From: Candidatus Sulfomarinibacteraceae bacterium
GTDB taxonomy: Bacteria > Chloroflexota > Limnocylindria > Limnocylindrales > CSP1-4
Assembly (NCBI GenBank): GCA_035466655.1
Contig: DATIUS010000077.1
Coordinates: 1 to 40,017, forward strand
DNA length: 40,017 nt
Direction: 5' to 3'
Positions 38,852-40,017 of the stretch are shown in pieces. A program made the position numbers and the translations under genes. The notes below the pieces were generated by a model, which made no database searches, was not told the DNA's origin, and worked only from the letters and a program-made list of their open reading frames with translations. Every line of letters starts with the position of its first letter. The first letter of the stretch is position 1.

Positions 38852-40017
38852 CCGACCTCCTCGTGCGCGGCGGGACGGTCGTGACCGCCGGGCGCTCCTG
38901 GCGAGCCGACATCGCGGTCGAGGGCGGTCGGATCGTGGCTGTCGAGGCCGACATTGCGGGGCTGGCCGCCGGCGCCCCCGTCGTCTCTGCCGAGGGTCTG
39001 CTCGTCCTGCCGGGGATCGTCGACGTCCACACTCACACCCGGGTCGCGAGCGATGCCGAGCCGGATCGGTTCTACCGGGATTCGGTCGCCGCCGCGTACG
39101 GGGGCACGACCTCGTTCCTCGCCTTCAACAACCCTGGCACTGGGTCGTCGGCGGCGGCGGAGCGCTCGCTCCTGGCCGGCCTTCGCGAATGGCGCGCAGC
39201 CACGGAGCATGACAGCGCGATCGACTACGCCGTCAGCCTCGCGATCTCGGGACGGATGGACGACCCGATCGCCGAGCTGCCGGCCATGGTCGACGCCGGT
39301 GTCTCCACGGCCAAGGCGTTCATGGTCTTCGACTTCCGGCTCGACGACGTCCGGCTGTTCGAGGCGATGGGGGTCCTCGGCCGGCGGGGTGGGATGCTCC
39401 AGGTGCATTGCGAGGATCCCGTGCTCATCGACGCCGGGGTCGCTTCAGCGTTGCACCGTGGTAACACGGCAGCGCGCTACCACGCGACGTCGCGCCCGGC
39501 GTACGCGGAGGGCGTGGCGACGGCACGAGCGATGGCGTTCGCGCGAGCGGCCGATGCCCCCGTCCACGTCGTCCATCTCTCCTCCGCCGATGCGCTCCGG
39601 CATGTCGCCGAAGCGAAGGCGCTCGGCGTCCGCGTGTCGGCCGAGACGTGTCCGCACTACCTCGCGCTCACCGAGGACCGCTACGACTCGACCGACGACC
39701 TCGAGATCGCCAAGGTCATCATTTCGCCGCCGCTCCGAACGGCAGCCGACGGCGACGCGCTGTGGGCCGGCCTCGCGGCCGGCGATCTCGATCTCGTCGC
39801 GACGGACCACGTCCCGGATCGCGTCGCGGTCGAGAAGGGCGACGCGGCGCGGGGGGTGCCCTTCAACGAGATCAGCAACGGTGCACCGGGGATCGAGACG
39901 CTGCTCATCATCGGCTTCTCGGAGGGCGTCGCGCGCGGGCGGCTCACCGCGGAGCGACTCGTCGACGTCCTGGCGACGACGCCGGCTCGCCGGTTCGGGC
40001 TCCGGCGGAAGGGCTCG
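38848..40017 (+). CDS. Dihydropyrimidinase/D-hydantoinase family cyclic amidohydrolase, first 390 codons (3' end outside window)
   Basis: Open-ended ORF absent from the track. ATG 38848 overlaps the upstream stop (ATGA). My translation: MTDLLVRGGTVVTAGRSW...LPGIVDVHTHT...STAKAFMVF...LQVHCED...VSAETCPHYL...IISPPLR...LVATDHVP...NGAPGIETL. These are the metal-binding and carboxylated-Lys motifs of the hydantoinase/dihydropyrimidinase family. Confidence 0.88.
   Translation, partial: MTDLLVRGGTVVTAGRSWRADIAVEGGRIVAVEADIAGLAAGAPVVSAEGLLVLPGIVDVHTHTRVASDAEPDRFYRDSVAAAYGGTTSFLAFNNPGTGSSAAAERSLLAGLREWRAATEHDSAIDYAVSLAISGRMDDPIAELPAMVDAGVSTAKAFMVFDFRLDDVRLFEAMGVLGRRGGMLQVHCEDPVLIDAGVASALHRGNTAARYHATSRPAYAEGVATARAMAFARAADAPVHVVHLSSADALRHVAEAKALGVRVSAETCPHYLALTEDRYDSTDDLEIAKVIISPPLRTAADGDALWAGLAAGDLDLVATDHVPDRVAVEKGDAARGVPFNEISNGAPGIETLLIIGFSEGVARGRLTAERLVDVLATTPARRFGLRRKGS

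Noticed and set aside
1-40017. Search for a CRISPR array, rRNA, insertion-sequence inverted repeats, integrase/transposase genes or a prophage.
   Set aside because: I found no regularly spaced repeats, no transposase- or integrase-like translations in any frame, and no marked compositional island. The two VapBC modules are the only mobile-type elements.

Overview
This is a very GC-rich (roughly 70% or more by eye, not computed), densely packed chromosomal segment. It probably comes from an Actinomycetota-like or other high-GC bacterium. I support about 36 protein-coding genes. GTG starts and 4-nt ATGA/GTGA start-stop overlaps are common. I recognised no rRNA, tRNA, CRISPR array, transposase, integrase or phage genes, so the region looks like core or accessory metabolism rather than a mobile island. 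Gene content, left to right:

- Amino-acid metabolism and transport: gdh fragment, DegV, an MFS transporter, gamma-glutamyltransferase, AzlCD, and an M20 peptidase.
- Cyanophycin locus: cphA, cphB, an MFS transporter, a class II Ntn amidotransferase, and a convergent CphA paralog that has only the N and Mur-ligase-like domains.
- A VapBC module, then the large helicase Lhr.
- A DoxX-like membrane protein, a deacetylase(HDAC/AcuC)-GNAT fusion, and TatA.
- A YyaL(thioredoxin-domain)-GNAT-NUDIX operon.
- An orphan papain-like protein, an MFS transporter, and a luciferase-like oxidoreductase.
- NHEJ locus: ligD, then a second VapBC, then ku, with an RmuC/DUF2130-like PD-(D/E)xK protein directly upstream of ku.
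- The start of a ureide/hydantoin catabolic cluster: HIU hydrolase, a DUF3830-like protein, and a hydantoinase.

The most interesting items are the ATP-grasp-less CphA paralog, the nuclease-like gene coupled to ku, the HDAC-GNAT fusion, and a window-wide TAnnnT-N6-11-start pattern that suggests many leaderless mRNAs. Most long ORFs in the supplied track are Arg/Pro/Gly-rich wrong-frame or antisense artefacts of the GC content and are not reported. All functional calls come from reading motifs by eye; no database search was run.
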